DNA of 64,000 nucleotides from an uncultured Lentisphaerota bacterium (GTDB lineage Bacteria; Verrucomicrobiota; Kiritimatiellia; RFP12; UBA1067): NCBI GenBank assembly GCA_946413265.1, contig CAMKJU010000006.1, positions 1,659 to 65,658 of the forward strand, read 5' to 3'. Shown piece by piece: positions 54,168 to 64,000 of this stretch (position 1 is its first letter; each line of letters starts with the position of its first letter). The notes under the pieces were generated by a model. It saw only the letters and a program-made list of their open reading frames with translations, ran no database searches and was not told where the DNA came from. The position numbers and the translations under genes were made by a program.

Positions 54168-55487
54168 ATGAGACTGTGGACGGATAGCTCCTATCCGATC
54201 GTTCTGTCTTGCGCTAACTGCCTTGCCCCTTGGGTGAAGCGCGAGGTATGCGAACTTGGATACAAGATAATAGATGAAGCGGACAACATCGTCGTCGTGA
54301 AGGGGGCGATGCGTGACGTGCTGCGGCTTAACCTGCGCCTGCGCACCGCTCATAGGGTACTTGTGCCGTTGTTACGCGCGCGCTGTCGGCACATACGCGA
54401 ATTGTACAGTCTAGTAGCGTCGATCGATTGGGAGAACTTGATTGAAACGGAATCCTATTTTTCCGTCTTCTCAGTCGTCAACAACGATACGATACGCGAT
54501 ACGCGCCTTCCGTCGCTGGTGACCAAAGACGCAATCGTAGACCGCATTCGCGACAGGTGCGGAAGCCGTCCCGATTCAGGTTCCGACTATGACCGCGGCG
54601 CAGCCGTTTTCCTGCATTGGGAACGCGACAGGATGATCATATACCTGGACACAAGCGGCGCACCTCTTTGCAAGCGCGGGTACCGCAAGATACCGGGATC
54701 CGCGCCAATGCAGGAAACTCTTGCCGCTGCCTGCATCGACGCTCTCCACTGGGATCGGAAAACTCCGTTCATTTCCCCTATGTGCGGAAGCGGAACACCG
54801 GCCATAGAAGCCGCGCTCGCCGCTATGAACCGCGCACCCGGATCACTGCGCGCGCATTTCGGTTTTATGTCCATCAAAGGATATAAGCTCATGATCGAAG
54901 GGGAGAAGGCACCGCGCATTGCTCCACGTCAGCGCTTCGGGGCCACGCCAGAGCAGATTTGGAAGGAAATGCTGCTGGAAGCGCAGGAACAGGAGAAGAC
55001 GGAAGATCTTCCACCGATAATTGCCACGGACATCTCTCCCGAGGCGATTGAAAACGCCAAGACCAATGCCTATATCGCGGGCGTTTCAAAATATATTCAA
55101 TTCAAGGCGTGCGATTTCGGCGATACCCCAATTCCTCCTTCACAAACCTCTGAACCCTTTGTGTCATTCTCCATAACGGGAAAAGAGGGATACAAGGCCC
55201 GTGGCTGCGTGTTCTTCAATCCCGAATATGGAATACGCCTTGGTGATCCGGCCGAACTCGCCCCCATCTATGAACGTATCGGAACATTCATGAACGAGAA
55301 GTGTCCCGGTTATACTGGCGGCGTGTTAACGGGTAGCCCTGAACTCTCAAAAATGATCAATTTGTTCTATGTAACGCGAATTCCGTTCTACAATGGACCG
55401 ATTGACTGCCGTCTATTCGTATTTCCGGGTTGTGAAATCAAGGGCGCTGAGTTATCAACTGAATTATCACCTAGTGTTGATAAGTAA
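54168..55487 (+). CDS. THUMP-domain class I RNA methyltransferase (RlmL-like)
   Basis: Motifs NLRLRTAHRV, DTSGAPLCKRGYR, APMQETLAAA and PMCGSGTPAIEAA. Confidence 0.85.
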   Translation: MRLWTDSSYPIVLSCANCLAPWVKREVCELGYKIIDEADNIVVVKGAMRDVLRLNLRLRTAHRVLVPLLRARCRHIRELYSLVASIDWENLIETESYFSVFSVVNNDTIRDTRLPSLVTKDAIVDRIRDRCGSRPDSGSDYDRGAAVFLHWERDRMIIYLDTSGAPLCKRGYRKIPGSAPMQETLAAACIDALHWDRKTPFISPMCGSGTPAIEAALAAMNRAPGSLRAHFGFMSIKGYKLMIEGEKAPRIAPRQRFGATPEQIWKEMLLEAQEQEKTEDLPPIIATDISPEAIENAKTNAYIAGVSKYIQFKACDFGDTPIPPSQTSEPFVSFSITGKEGYKARGCVFFNPEYGIRLGDPAELAPIYERIGTFMNEKCPGYTGGVLTGSPELSKMINLFYVTRIPFYNGPIDCRLFVFPGCEIKGAELSTELSPSVDK

Positions 55488-55557
55488 GTAATAAACACAC
55501 TTATTATAACCTGTTTATAACTTGAGTTGTGATAAATCTGTTGATAATTGTTGATAA
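55452..55557. promoter_or_regulatory. Cluster of DnaA-box-like 9-mers
   Basis: TTATCAACT 55452, TGTTGATAA 55475/55539/55549, TGTTTATAA 55512, in an AT-rich spacer. Confidence 0.72.
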
Positions 55558-55604
55558 TATCCATCTTGCCAAGACGCCCTGAAAAGAGCATACTATTCGC
55601 CGTC

Positions 55605-56159
55605 ATGTCCAACGTATCGAAAGAGTTATGCCTTCGCTTTGCGGAGGCGCGCCGCACGAAGGGACTCCGTCAAACGGAGCTCGCCGTGCAGGTCGGCTGC
55701 ACGCAGTCGGCTCTTTCCATGTTTGAGGGTGGGCAGCCAACTAAACTTTCCGATGAAACGGTCAAGAAACTATCTGAGATTTTAGGCGTATCGCTTCAGG
55801 AAGAGCAGACGTCGCCAAGTGCTACGCTGGCATCGCCAACGAATGTACCGCAATCAGTTGTTCATGGTTTTTGTCCTAACTGCCATTGTCCAAGCAATGT
55901 TCCGTATGTGGTGGAAGGGCGTCTGTTCTATCGGCCTTCGAGGAAGATTGCATCGCCGACTGGCGGGGTTCGTTGCACACAGTGCGGCGAGTTGCTGGAG
56001 ATGCGGTGTCCGCGATGCGGCGCGCACTTGAACGAAGGAGCCTGCTGCGCTGTCTGTGGAACGGCGTACGTCACGCCGGTCGTAGAGGAGGGATTAGATG
56101 TGGCTGCATACGCGCAGGCGCGCCGTGCGGAAATCATCCAGTTGCGTGAACTCAGCTAG
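55605..56159 (+). CDS. XRE-type HTH protein with C-terminal zinc ribbons
   Basis: HTH GLRQTELAVQVGCTQSALSMFEGG; Cys motifs CPNCHC, CTQC, CPRC and CAVC. Promoter TTGCCA-N17-CATACT. Confidence 0.82.
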   Translation: MSNVSKELCLRFAEARRTKGLRQTELAVQVGCTQSALSMFEGGQPTKLSDETVKKLSEILGVSLQEEQTSPSATLASPTNVPQSVVHGFCPNCHCPSNVPYVVEGRLFYRPSRKIASPTGGVRCTQCGELLEMRCPRCGAHLNEGACCAVCGTAYVTPVVEEGLDVAAYAQARRAEIIQLRELS

Positions 56160-56214
56160 TATTGAAAGCCCGCCACCTACACTTTGCTCAGAAATGAATA
56201 TGAGGATAACTTTG

Positions 56215-56316
56215 ATTGCTTTCGCTATTGGGAGATTTGGAGTTTCGGAGTTGAGGAGAATATTTTACAAATTCTCCCATTCTCCAAGTCTCCTAAACTC
56301 CCAATAGCGAAAGCAA
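56215..56316. repeat. Palindromic element family C, copy near sugar porter
   Basis: ATTGCTTTCGCTATTGGGAG ... CTCCCAATAGCGAAAGCAA; interior GAGAATATTTTACAAA is shared with 9921-10024. Confidence 0.85.
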
Positions 56317-56357
56317 CTAAAAGAATTCATAACGAAGTTATAGACAAGGAGTTAGTA

Positions 56358-57626
56358 ATGAAAACAATGAGCTTGCGGTGGATAGTCTGTGCAGTTTCGC
56401 TGGGCGGGCTTTTGTTCGGCTTCGATGCAGGAGTTATTTCAGGCTGCGAGGAGGCGATTCAAAACGAGTTCAAGCTCGCGCCGTTCTGGCACGGACTTGT
56501 CGTGGCTGGCGCGTTGATCGGCACAGTGTTCGGCGCGCTGGTGGCGGGACGGATGTGTGACCGGTTCGGACGCAAACCGACGCTTGTCTGGATGGGCGTT
56601 TTGTTTTTGATTTCGGCTGCGGGATGCGCGGTGACGCCTGGCGGCGCGATTGGTCCGCACGTCCTCGGCTGGATGCGTTTCATCGGCGGCATCGCCATCG
56701 GAGGAGTGTCGGTAGCCGTGCCGATGTACATTGCCGAGATCGCGCCGCCGGAGAGTCGCGGACGTCTCGTGCTCGTCAACCAGTTCTGCATTGTGCTGGG
56801 TATCGTCGTATCGTACATTTCCAATTACTGCGTTGCGCGGTGGATACCAGCATCGGCATCAGTGGTATGGCGTGCGATGCTCGGCGCGGAGTGCATTCCG
56901 GTCGTGATGTATCTGGCTGCGCTTATGCCGGTGCCGGAAAGTCCGATGTGGTTGGCGGCGCGCGGGGGTAAGGTCGAAATACATCCAGCATCTGCGCCGC
57001 TGTTCGTACGGCGCAATCTGAGGCCGATTCTCCTTTGTTTCACGGTGGCGTTCTTCAGTCAACTGTCAGGCGTGAACGCGGTGAACTTCTACTCGCCGCG
57101 CATCTTCAAGATGATCTTCGGCGAAGGGAGCGAACTCGTGTCGCTCGCAGGTACGATCGGCGTTGGGGTGGTAAACCTCGTGTTCACCGTGGCGGCGTTC
57201 TTCCTCATCGACAGGTTCGGACGGCGTCCGCTTCTCATATCTGGATGTGCGTTGATGGCGGCGATGCACGGACTCGTAGCTTGGCAGGTTTCGCTGGGCG
57301 ACGCCTGCACGCCGTGGCTGGCGATGCTTGGCGTGTACGGCTTCATCGCGTCGGTGGCGTTCTCGGCAAGCGCCGTGATCTGGGTGTTCATCTCTGAGAT
57401 TTTCCCGCCGGACGTGCGGGCGAAGGGACAGAGCTTCGGCGGCATGGTCCATTGGATAATGTGCATGCTCGTCTCGTGGCTTTTCCCGGTTGCGGCCGAG
57501 CGCACTGGAACTTGGGCTTTTGCGTTCTTCGCCGTGATGATGCTGATTGAAATGGTCTGGGCCATCTTCGTCATGCCAGAAACGAAAGGCCGCCACATAG
57601 ACGAAGACCATAAATTTATGGTATAA
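56358..57626 (+). CDS. Sugar porter family MFS transporter
   Basis: Motifs GGLLFGFDAGVISG, DRFGRK, PESP, QLSGVNAV and PETKG; AAGGAG RBS before 56358. Confidence 0.92.
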   Translation: MKTMSLRWIVCAVSLGGLLFGFDAGVISGCEEAIQNEFKLAPFWHGLVVAGALIGTVFGALVAGRMCDRFGRKPTLVWMGVLFLISAAGCAVTPGGAIGPHVLGWMRFIGGIAIGGVSVAVPMYIAEIAPPESRGRLVLVNQFCIVLGIVVSYISNYCVARWIPASASVVWRAMLGAECIPVVMYLAALMPVPESPMWLAARGGKVEIHPASAPLFVRRNLRPILLCFTVAFFSQLSGVNAVNFYSPRIFKMIFGEGSELVSLAGTIGVGVVNLVFTVAAFFLIDRFGRRPLLISGCALMAAMHGLVAWQVSLGDACTPWLAMLGVYGFIASVAFSASAVIWVFISEIFPPDVRAKGQSFGGMVHWIMCMLVSWLFPVAAERTGTWAFAFFAVMMLIEMVWAIFVMPETKGRHIDEDHKFMV

Positions 57627-57634
57627 TCTCCGCC

Positions 57635-58618
57635 ATGAAAAAATCTATCATCACCCTGTTGGCGGCGGGAGTTATTTCCGCCGGGTTCGTTTCTTCCACC
57701 TATGGAGCCTGCTGCAAATGCAACGGCGCTACAGGACGCTGGGCCATCCAGAAACAAGGCGCGTTCTGGCTCGGTGTCTGCAACAAGGACGGCAAGCCCT
57801 CGGCCAAGCTGCTCTGGGGCGGCGGCTCGCCCGTGGACCAGTACGACATCAAGATCGACGGCGCTACCGCCACGATGAAGCAGCGCGCGGGCAAGGACCG
57901 TTACCGCCTCACTACCGTGAAGGCTGCCGGCGACGAGGCGGAGATCACGTTCCAGTTTTACAACGGCAAGAATGAGCCGCAGGGCAAGGCCGAAGTCGTG
58001 AAGGCGAAGCGCATCCCCGCGCTCCCGCCGGCCCCGGACGTTTCCAAGGCCGTATTCGGCGAGACGGTTGATCTGCTCGCCGGCGGCATCGACGGCTGGG
58101 AGAGCATGAATCCGAAGAACTACTTCGGCTGGTCGCTCAAGGACGGCGTGCTGATGAACCGCATTAAGCGCAAGGCGAATGGCAAGCCCGACGGCTCGAG
58201 CGCCAATCTCAAGACAAAGCGCGCGGACTTCTTCGACTTCAAATTCTCGTATGACGTGCGCGTGCTGCCGAAGTGCAACTCCGGCGTGTACCTGCGCGGC
58301 ATCTACGAGATCCAGGTGCTCGACAGCTACGGCAAGCCCGTGAATTGCCACAACATGGCCGCGCTCTACGGACGCATCACGCCGCGCGTCGCCGCGGAGA
58401 AGCCCGCGAACGAATGGCAGCACGTGGACGTGACGCTCTACAAGCGCCACCTCACCGTGGTGCTCAACGGCGTGAACATCATCGATAACCAGCCCGTCCT
58501 TGGCTGCACCGGCGGCGCAATCACGAGCGACGAGTTCGTACCCGGCCCGATCTACCTTCAGGGCGATCACTCGGACGCGGACTTCCGCAACATGAAACTC
58601 ACGCCGATCATCAAGTAA
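57635..58618 (+). CDS. Secreted DUF1080 (3-keto-disaccharide hydrolase) domain protein
   Basis: Signal peptide; motifs NSGVYLRG, YEIQVLDS, GPIYLQGDH and FRNM. Confidence 0.88.
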   Translation: MKKSIITLLAAGVISAGFVSSTYGACCKCNGATGRWAIQKQGAFWLGVCNKDGKPSAKLLWGGGSPVDQYDIKIDGATATMKQRAGKDRYRLTTVKAAGDEAEITFQFYNGKNEPQGKAEVVKAKRIPALPPAPDVSKAVFGETVDLLAGGIDGWESMNPKNYFGWSLKDGVLMNRIKRKANGKPDGSSANLKTKRADFFDFKFSYDVRVLPKCNSGVYLRGIYEIQVLDSYGKPVNCHNMAALYGRITPRVAAEKPANEWQHVDVTLYKRHLTVVLNGVNIIDNQPVLGCTGGAITSDEFVPGPIYLQGDHSDADFRNMKLTPIIK

Positions 58619-58621
58619 GGC

Positions 58622-59809
58622 GTGCAGAAACAGAAGGTCAGCTACGTCGAGCGTCTCGAGCACGCGCTCGTCAAGATCATCCAGCAGCCGGGTGCGGACC
58701 AGAACCAACCCGGCGGCGTGCGCGTGTTGCTGGCCTTCCTCAACGTTCTCTCGAAGGTTTTCCAGTTCGTCGTCGCAGTTCGCTACGTACTCTACAACTG
58801 GGGAATCCTTCGTCGGTTCCCGCTCGGTTGCCAGGTGATCTCCATCGGCAACGTCACGGCGGGCGGCACGGGCAAAACGCCCGTCACGGAAAAGTTCGCG
58901 CACGAGCTGGCGGCGGCTGGACGCAAGGTGGCGATCCTCTCGCGCGGCTATCGCCGCAAGGAGGCGCCGTGGTGGGAGCGGATGTTCAAGCAGGTGGTGG
59001 AACAGCCGCCGCTTGTCGTCTCCGATGGACGCCAGATCAAGCTCGACGCAGCAACTGGCGGCGACGAGCCGTACATGCTTGCGTCAAACCTGCCGGGCGT
59101 GTGCGTGCTCGTGGACCGCAACCGCGTGAAGGCCGGACGCTACGCCATCTCGCGTTTCGGCTGCGACACGCTCATCCTTGACGACGGCTTCCAGTACCAG
59201 CGACTCAAGCATTCGCTTGAAGTGGTACTCGTCGACAAGACGAATCCCTTCGGCAACGGACACATGCTGCCGCGCGGCGTCCTGCGCGAACCTGCGAGCC
59301 ACATCTCGCGCGCCGACTTCATCTTCCTCACGAAGTCCGATGGCAACTCGGAGGAAGTCATCCGCGATATCCGCGAGTACAACCAGACTGCCGAAATCAT
59401 CGAGTGCCGTCACGCGCCGCGTCTCCTTAAGGACGTGTGGAGCCGCGAGGAGTTGCCGCTCGACTGGCTGAAGGGCAAGACGCTCACAACGCTCTCCGGC
59501 ATCGCCGTGCCGCAAGGCTTCGAGGATTCCCTGCGCAAGCTCGGCGCGCGCGTGATCTGGTGCGAGCGCTACGCCGACCACCATCGCTACGATTCCTCTG
59601 AAATCATCTTCGCGCTCAACAAGACCGCCGATCTCCACGCCGACGCGCTTATCACCACCGAGAAAGACGCCGTGCGCTTCCCGCGCCTTGAGACCACTCC
59701 AGTTCCCTGTTACTATCTGCGCGTCGATATCGAGATTCTCAAGGGTGCTGAAAACTTCGCCTCCGCCGTAGATCACATCTGCAACCGCAAGGCGAAGAAG
59801 AAATCATGA
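58622..59809 (+). CDS. lpxK: Tetraacyldisaccharide 4'-kinase
   Basis: Motifs [37 protein letters not shown] and TTEKDAV. Confidence 0.95.
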   Translation: MQKQKVSYVERLEHALVKIIQQPGADQNQPGGVRVLLAFLNVLSKVFQFVVAVRYVLYNWGILRRFPLGCQVISIGNVTAGGTGKTPVTEKFAHELAAAGRKVAILSRGYRRKEAPWWERMFKQVVEQPPLVVSDGRQIKLDAATGGDEPYMLASNLPGVCVLVDRNRVKAGRYAISRFGCDTLILDDGFQYQRLKHSLEVVLVDKTNPFGNGHMLPRGVLREPASHISRADFIFLTKSDGNSEEVIRDIREYNQTAEIIECRHAPRLLKDVWSREELPLDWLKGKTLTTLSGIAVPQGFEDSLRKLGARVIWCERYADHHRYDSSEIIFALNKTADLHADALITTEKDAVRFPRLETTPVPCYYLRVDIEILKGAENFASAVDHICNRKAKKKS

Positions 59810-61377
59810 GCGGAAAGGGCATACTGCGGAACACGGCGGTGGTGGGCGCGATGACGGCGCTCTCTCGCGTGCTGGGACTCGTTCGCGAGATGTTCCAGAG
59901 CCGCCTCATCGGCGCGGGCGTGGAGCAGAGCGCGTTCGTGCTCGCGTTCGCGATCCCGAACATGATGCGCAAGCTCTTCGGCGAGGGCGCGCTCACTGCT
60001 GCGTTCGTGCCCGTGTTCAGGGGCGAAGTCGAGGCGCAGCGGATGGAGTCGGCGCGCCGTCTCGCGCGCGCCGTGATGACGATGAGTCTTCTCATGCTCG
60101 CTGCCGTCTCGGCGCTCGCGGTGGTAGGTCTTTCGGCCGCGCTGCACTGGGGCACCGCGTTCTCGGAACGCACCTCCCTCACGTTGCGCCTTACGCGCAT
60201 CCTCGTGCCGTACATGGTGTTCATCTGCGGGTCGGCGTTTGGCATGGGCGTGTTGAACGCGCTTGGCAAGTTCGCCGCGGCGGCGCTGATGCCGTGTCTC
60301 CTGAACGTTGTGTGGATTGCCACGCTCGGCGTGCTTTGCTTCATCCCCAGCCTGTCACTCGCGTCGCGCGCCGTGTGGGTGAGCGGTGCTATCCTCTTCG
60401 CCGGGTTCCTGCAGATGGCATTCATGTTTTATTGCATGAAGCGTCGCGGCGTGTCGCCGCGTCCTTCGCGCGCGGGCTGGGGCGACCCCAACACGCGCCT
60501 CGTGTGGCGCAACATGCTCGTGGCGGCCGTCGGTGCGGGCGCTGTGCAGATAAACTACATGCTCGACCAAGTGCTCGCGCAGGCCGCGTCGCCATGGGCC
60601 GCTGGCGTGATCGGCTACGCGGAGCGACTCATGGATTTGCCGCTTGGCATCGTGGGCGTCGCGTTCGGCACCGTGTTGCTGCCCACGTTCTCCGGCTGCT
60701 TCGCGAAGGGCGACGTGGCTGGTGCGCGCGAGGCATTTCTCTCGTCCACCGACAATCTCCTCTTTGTGATGATCCCCGCCGCCGTCGGACTCGGCGTGAT
60801 CGCACCGGACCTCACCCGCGTTATCTACGAGGGTAAGGAGTTTGACGTCACGGCGACGATGCGCGTAAGTCGCGCGGTGGCGTGGTACGCGGTCGGACTC
60901 GGCTTCTTCGGCTTGCAGAAGACGCTCGTGCCGTGGTTCCAGGCGCAGAAGGACATGAAGACGCCGCTTGCAGTGTCCGTGAAGATGGTGTTCCTCAACG
61001 CGACGCTCAACATCCTCGCGGTGTGGTTGCTGCCCGTCGAATGGCGTCACGTGGGCCTCGCGGCCTCAACCGTGTTCTGCGCCGGCGTCGCCTGCGTGTG
61101 GCTCGCGGTGCTCGCGCGACGCAAGAATGGCGCACTCGGCTTCGCGTCGCTGGCGCGTCCCGTCGGGCGCACGCTCGCTGCGTCCGCCGTGATGGGCGTG
61201 GTGCTTTGGCTGTTGCGCTCTTGGCTCGGTGCGCGCGGCTGGACTGGTACGTGGGCGAACGTGATGCAGCTCGGCACGCTCGTGGCGCTGGGCGGGGTCG
61301 TCTATTTCGGAGTCCATTTCATCTTCGCCCGCCATACGTTCGCTGCGCGGCTGCGGTCGCTCCGCCGCCGCAGATGA
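59806..61377 (+). CDS. murJ: Lipid II flippase MurJ (MviN)
   Basis: Motifs SRVLGLVRE, AFAIPNMMRKLFGEGAL and YAERLMDLPLG. Confidence 0.95.
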   Translation: MSGKGILRNTAVVGAMTALSRVLGLVREMFQSRLIGAGVEQSAFVLAFAIPNMMRKLFGEGALTAAFVPVFRGEVEAQRMESARRLARAVMTMSLLMLAAVSALAVVGLSAALHWGTAFSERTSLTLRLTRILVPYMVFICGSAFGMGVLNALGKFAAAALMPCLLNVVWIATLGVLCFIPSLSLASRAVWVSGAILFAGFLQMAFMFYCMKRRGVSPRPSRAGWGDPNTRLVWRNMLVAAVGAGAVQINYMLDQVLAQAASPWAAGVIGYAERLMDLPLGIVGVAFGTVLLPTFSGCFAKGDVAGAREAFLSSTDNLLFVMIPAAVGLGVIAPDLTRVIYEGKEFDVTATMRVSRAVAWYAVGLGFFGLQKTLVPWFQAQKDMKTPLAVSVKMVFLNATLNILAVWLLPVEWRHVGLAASTVFCAGVACVWLAVLARRKNGALGFASLARPVGRTLAASAVMGVVLWLLRSWLGARGWTGTWANVMQLGTLVALGGVVYFGVHFIFARHTFAARLRSLRRRR

Positions 61378-61441
61378 CGACAATGCGAAATCAGAAATCT
61401 CCGTCTCACCCGGACGCAAGAATTGTGGTATAATAGCCGAC

Positions 61442-62503
61442 ATGCCTCAGCCCAAGACATCATTTACGTACGAACTCGACGCCGAGCAGCAGGAAAAGCT
61501 GCTCGCGATGCTCGCGCTCGGCAACTATCGTCCGAGGCAGGTCCCGTATTCCATGGCGGCCGTGGAGGGAGACGGCTTCAATTGCGCGCTCTACCAGAAG
61601 GAAAAGCACGGACGCCGCAAGCTGTGCATCCAGGGCTCTAAGGCGCAGGACTTCGTGGAGTTCTTCCTTGAACCAAACGTACTAGGCGTGGCAACGATCG
61701 GATACGAGGACATCCTCGACCCAGGCCGCAGCTCGGCCCATGGTGGCAGCGATGAGTCAGGCAAGGGAGACTACTTCGGTCCGCTCGTGGTCGCGTGCTG
61801 TTACACCGACGAGAAACTTTCGGCGGCGATGCGCGAAATGGGCGTGAGGGACTGCAAACAGATGACGGACAAGGCCGTGCTGACGGTTGGTTCGAAACTG
61901 CGCCAGCTGCTCGGCCAGAACCGCTACGCAGTTGTGAAGATCGGCCCCGCCGCGTACAACCGACTCTACGCCAAGATCAAGAACATCAACCGCCTCCTCG
62001 CGTGGGCTCACGGTACTTGCATTGAGGAATTGCTGGAAAAGCAGCAGGCGTGTCCGAAGGTGGTGGTGGACCAGTTTGCACCAACGGAGACGACGATACG
62101 CCGCGCGCTGAAGGAGCGCGGAAAGAAGATCGTAGTGGAACAGCGCCACCGCGCCGAGGACGACATCGCCGTGGCTGCCGCGTCCGTAGTGGCGCGCGAG
62201 CAGTTCCTGCGCGCCATCGCCGCGATGGCCGTGGAGGACGGTCCGATTCCCGTGGACAAAGTGCCGCTCGACATGATCCCGCGCGGCAGCAGCGACCCGC
62301 GCGTGCGTGAGCTCGCGGAGGAGATGGTGCGCAAGCACGGGCCTACATGGTTGATGAACCACTGCAAGGCGCATTTCCAGACAACCGACAAGGTACTCGC
62401 CGCTTGCGGCAAGTCCCGCGCCGACCTGCCTCCCGAAGGGCAGATCACCAGCGCAATCGTCCGAGGTGGGCAAAATGATTTAACCGAAAAGGAGAAAAGA
62501 TGA
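61442..62503 (+). CDS. rnhC: Ribonuclease HIII
   Basis: TBP-like N-terminal domain; motifs GSDESGKGDYFGPL, VDQF and AVAAASVVAR. Confidence 0.92.
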   Translation: MPQPKTSFTYELDAEQQEKLLAMLALGNYRPRQVPYSMAAVEGDGFNCALYQKEKHGRRKLCIQGSKAQDFVEFFLEPNVLGVATIGYEDILDPGRSSAHGGSDESGKGDYFGPLVVACCYTDEKLSAAMREMGVRDCKQMTDKAVLTVGSKLRQLLGQNRYAVVKIGPAAYNRLYAKIKNINRLLAWAHGTCIEELLEKQQACPKVVVDQFAPTETTIRRALKERGKKIVVEQRHRAEDDIAVAAASVVAREQFLRAIAAMAVEDGPIPVDKVPLDMIPRGSSDPRVRELAEEMVRKHGPTWLMNHCKAHFQTTDKVLAACGKSRADLPPEGQITSAIVRGGQNDLTEKEKR

Positions 62504-63222
62504 CAGGATTCTTTGCAAACTCCCTGATGAACGGCTTCATAAAGTCGAGCCTTATGGGCCAGGGCATCGTTGCCGTGCAGATCGCGGCGAGCATTTTCAT
62601 GGTCGCCATAGCCATAGGCAAGTGGCGCGGACTTTCCCGCGTGTCGCAGTCGGCACGCCGCGTGACGCGCGACGTGATGAGCGGACACGACGTGCTTGAA
62701 TACTACCTCGCGCGCCACCCGAACGGACACTCTCCGCTCGAGAACATCTACTGGGCCACGTGCGAGCGCCTGCTGCGTCTGCTCGCGCCGGACGTGCGCA
62801 GCCTGCTCGTGGGACGTCAGCCCGGCGTGGAAGTGGCTCTCACCGCGCATGAGATGGGCCTGGTGAAGGCTCTCAGCGAACACGTGCTCGACGAGGAGGA
62901 AATCCGCGTGGAACACGGCATGGGTGCCATCGCCACGGTCGTGGCCCTCGCGCCGATGTTGGGTCTGCTCGGCACCGTGTGGGGCGTGCTCGACGCCTTC
63001 GCCGACATGGGCGAGGCGGGCAGCGCGACAATCGCCACTATGGCCCCGGCAATTTCGTCCGCGCTCGTCACCACCGTCGTGGGTCTGCTCGTGGCAATAC
63101 CCGGCGTGATCATGCACACGCGCCTCAACGCGACAGTGCGCGCGCTGATGAGCGATATGGAGGGTTTCACGGACGACCTCACCGGGCGCATTGCACTTGA
63201 ATTCCAGGGGAGAGCTTCCTGA
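62500..63222 (+). CDS. MotA/TolQ/ExbB proton channel family protein
   Basis: Motifs APMLGLLGTVWG and ALVTTVVGLLVAIPG. Confidence 0.92.
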   Translation: MTGFFANSLMNGFIKSSLMGQGIVAVQIAASIFMVAIAIGKWRGLSRVSQSARRVTRDVMSGHDVLEYYLARHPNGHSPLENIYWATCERLLRLLAPDVRSLLVGRQPGVEVALTAHEMGLVKALSEHVLDEEEIRVEHGMGAIATVVALAPMLGLLGTVWGVLDAFADMGEAGSATIATMAPAISSALVTTVVGLLVAIPGVIMHTRLNATVRALMSDMEGFTDDLTGRIALEFQGRAS

Positions 63223-63638
63223 TGTCGCGCCGTGGCCGACATGCCGGGAGGATCGGCGGCCCCAAGGCGTCGATCGACATGAACTCCCTTATCGACCTGA
63301 CGTTCCTTCTGCTCGTCACGTTCATGCTTACGATCCCCGCGCTTGAGCAGGGCATCTCGATTATGCTGCCGCGCGCGAAGACTGACGTGCTGCCGAGCAA
63401 GAACGCGAAGGCCAACACGATCACGGTCGACGTCAACCACAAGATATTCCTCAATGACGTTCCCACTACGCTCGACCAGCTTGAGGCCGACCTGAAGGCG
63501 ATGGTCGAACGCGACGCCGACGTGCCGGTTTTGGTGCGTGGCGACGAGCGCCTGGAGTACGGCGCCGTGATGGACGTCGTGAAAGTGGTGTACAAGTGCC
63601 AGGTGCGAAAGATGGCGCTTGTGACCGTGGAGAAGTAG
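63222..63638 (+). CDS. ExbD/TolR family protein
   Basis: Motifs IDMNSLIDLTFLLLVTFM and VRGDERLEYG. Confidence 0.92.
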   Translation: MSRRGRHAGRIGGPKASIDMNSLIDLTFLLLVTFMLTIPALEQGISIMLPRAKTDVLPSKNAKANTITVDVNHKIFLNDVPTTLDQLEADLKAMVERDADVPVLVRGDERLEYGAVMDVVKVVYKCQVRKMALVTVEK

Positions 63639-63653
63639 CGGGGACTTCAGGCG

Positions 63654-64000
63654 ATGATTGGATTCGAACAGACAGGTTCTTCTGACAGCGGACTCTCTTG
63701 GAGGACGCTGGGAATAGCCTTCGGACTGCACGTCGCGCTGTTCGTGTTCTTCTGGGTCATGGGCATCATCAGTTTCCGCAAGCCAGAAACCATCATCCCC
63801 ATTGACATGACGATCGTGCCGCCGTGGGCTCAGCAGACGGACGATCCCGAACCCGATTCGAACCCGCCTCCGCCTGAGGTGAAGCAACAGCCGAAGCCGC
63901 CTCCGAAGGCCCCCGAGCCGGAGAAGGTCGAGGTGAAGCCAAAAGTCGAGGCCGTTGAGAAGGTCGTCGAGAAGAAGAAAAAAGAAAAAGTCGACCTGAA
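63654..64000 (+). CDS. TonB/TolA family protein, truncated by window end
   Basis: MIGFEQ...GIAFGLHVALFVFFW TM segment with His, then Pro/Glu/Lys-rich linker PEPDSNPPPPEVKQQPKPPPKAPEPEK. Follows exbBD/tolQR. Confidence 0.85.
   Translation, partial: MIGFEQTGSSDSGLSWRTLGIAFGLHVALFVFFWVMGIISFRKPETIIPIDMTIVPPWAQQTDDPEPDSNPPPPEVKQQPKPPPKAPEPEKVEVKPKVEAVEKVVEKKKKEKVDL

Noticed and set aside
56184-56357. N-terminal extension of the sugar porter
   Set aside because: It is read-through of repeat element C. The RBS precedes ATG 56358.
1-64000. tRNA/rRNA genes
   Set aside because: No cloverleaf with T-loop/CCA and no rRNA signatures seen in intergenic gaps by eye. tRNAscan-SE or Infernal would be decisive.

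Overview
A GC-rich bacterial chromosome segment that spans the replication origin. The lineage is probably PVC superphylum, most likely Kiritimatiellia/Verrucomicrobiota-like; this is inferred from gene content and was not tested by a database search. Right arm (almost all + strand): mnmG, an EIIA-CBS / IT-family transporter / EIIA module, dnaA, oriC, dnaN, a THUMP methyltransferase, an HTH-zinc-ribbon protein, a sugar porter, DUF1080, lpxK, murJ, rnhC and an ExbB/ExbD/TonB-type set. Left arm (mostly - strand): a TetR-controlled RND efflux operon with a BASS symporter inside it, a LicD/CDP-polyol cluster, pepN, nrnA and accessory genes. Main points of interest: (1) three unrelated genes that look like type III effectors, one a PI3K-fold kinase and two flanking a CesT-type chaperone, share an ECF-sigma-like upstream box GTGTAACCTT...[C/T]GTA-N-AC; (2) a roughly 12 kb candidate envelope-biogenesis operon led by a 13-Cys secreted protein, with a PPIase, three CxxC thioredoxin-fold proteins and an O-antigen-ligase-like enzyme; (3) mnmG carries an in-frame insert of about 155 codons with two parS-like palindromes; (4) DnaA boxes are non-canonical (TTATCAACA) and DnaA has an altered recognition helix; (5) palindromic and heptamer repeat elements are abundant, some nested inside each other and some in-frame inside genes; (6) many genes have leaderless-type promoters. 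No rRNA, tRNA, CRISPR array or transposase was recognised. All family calls come from motif recognition by eye.
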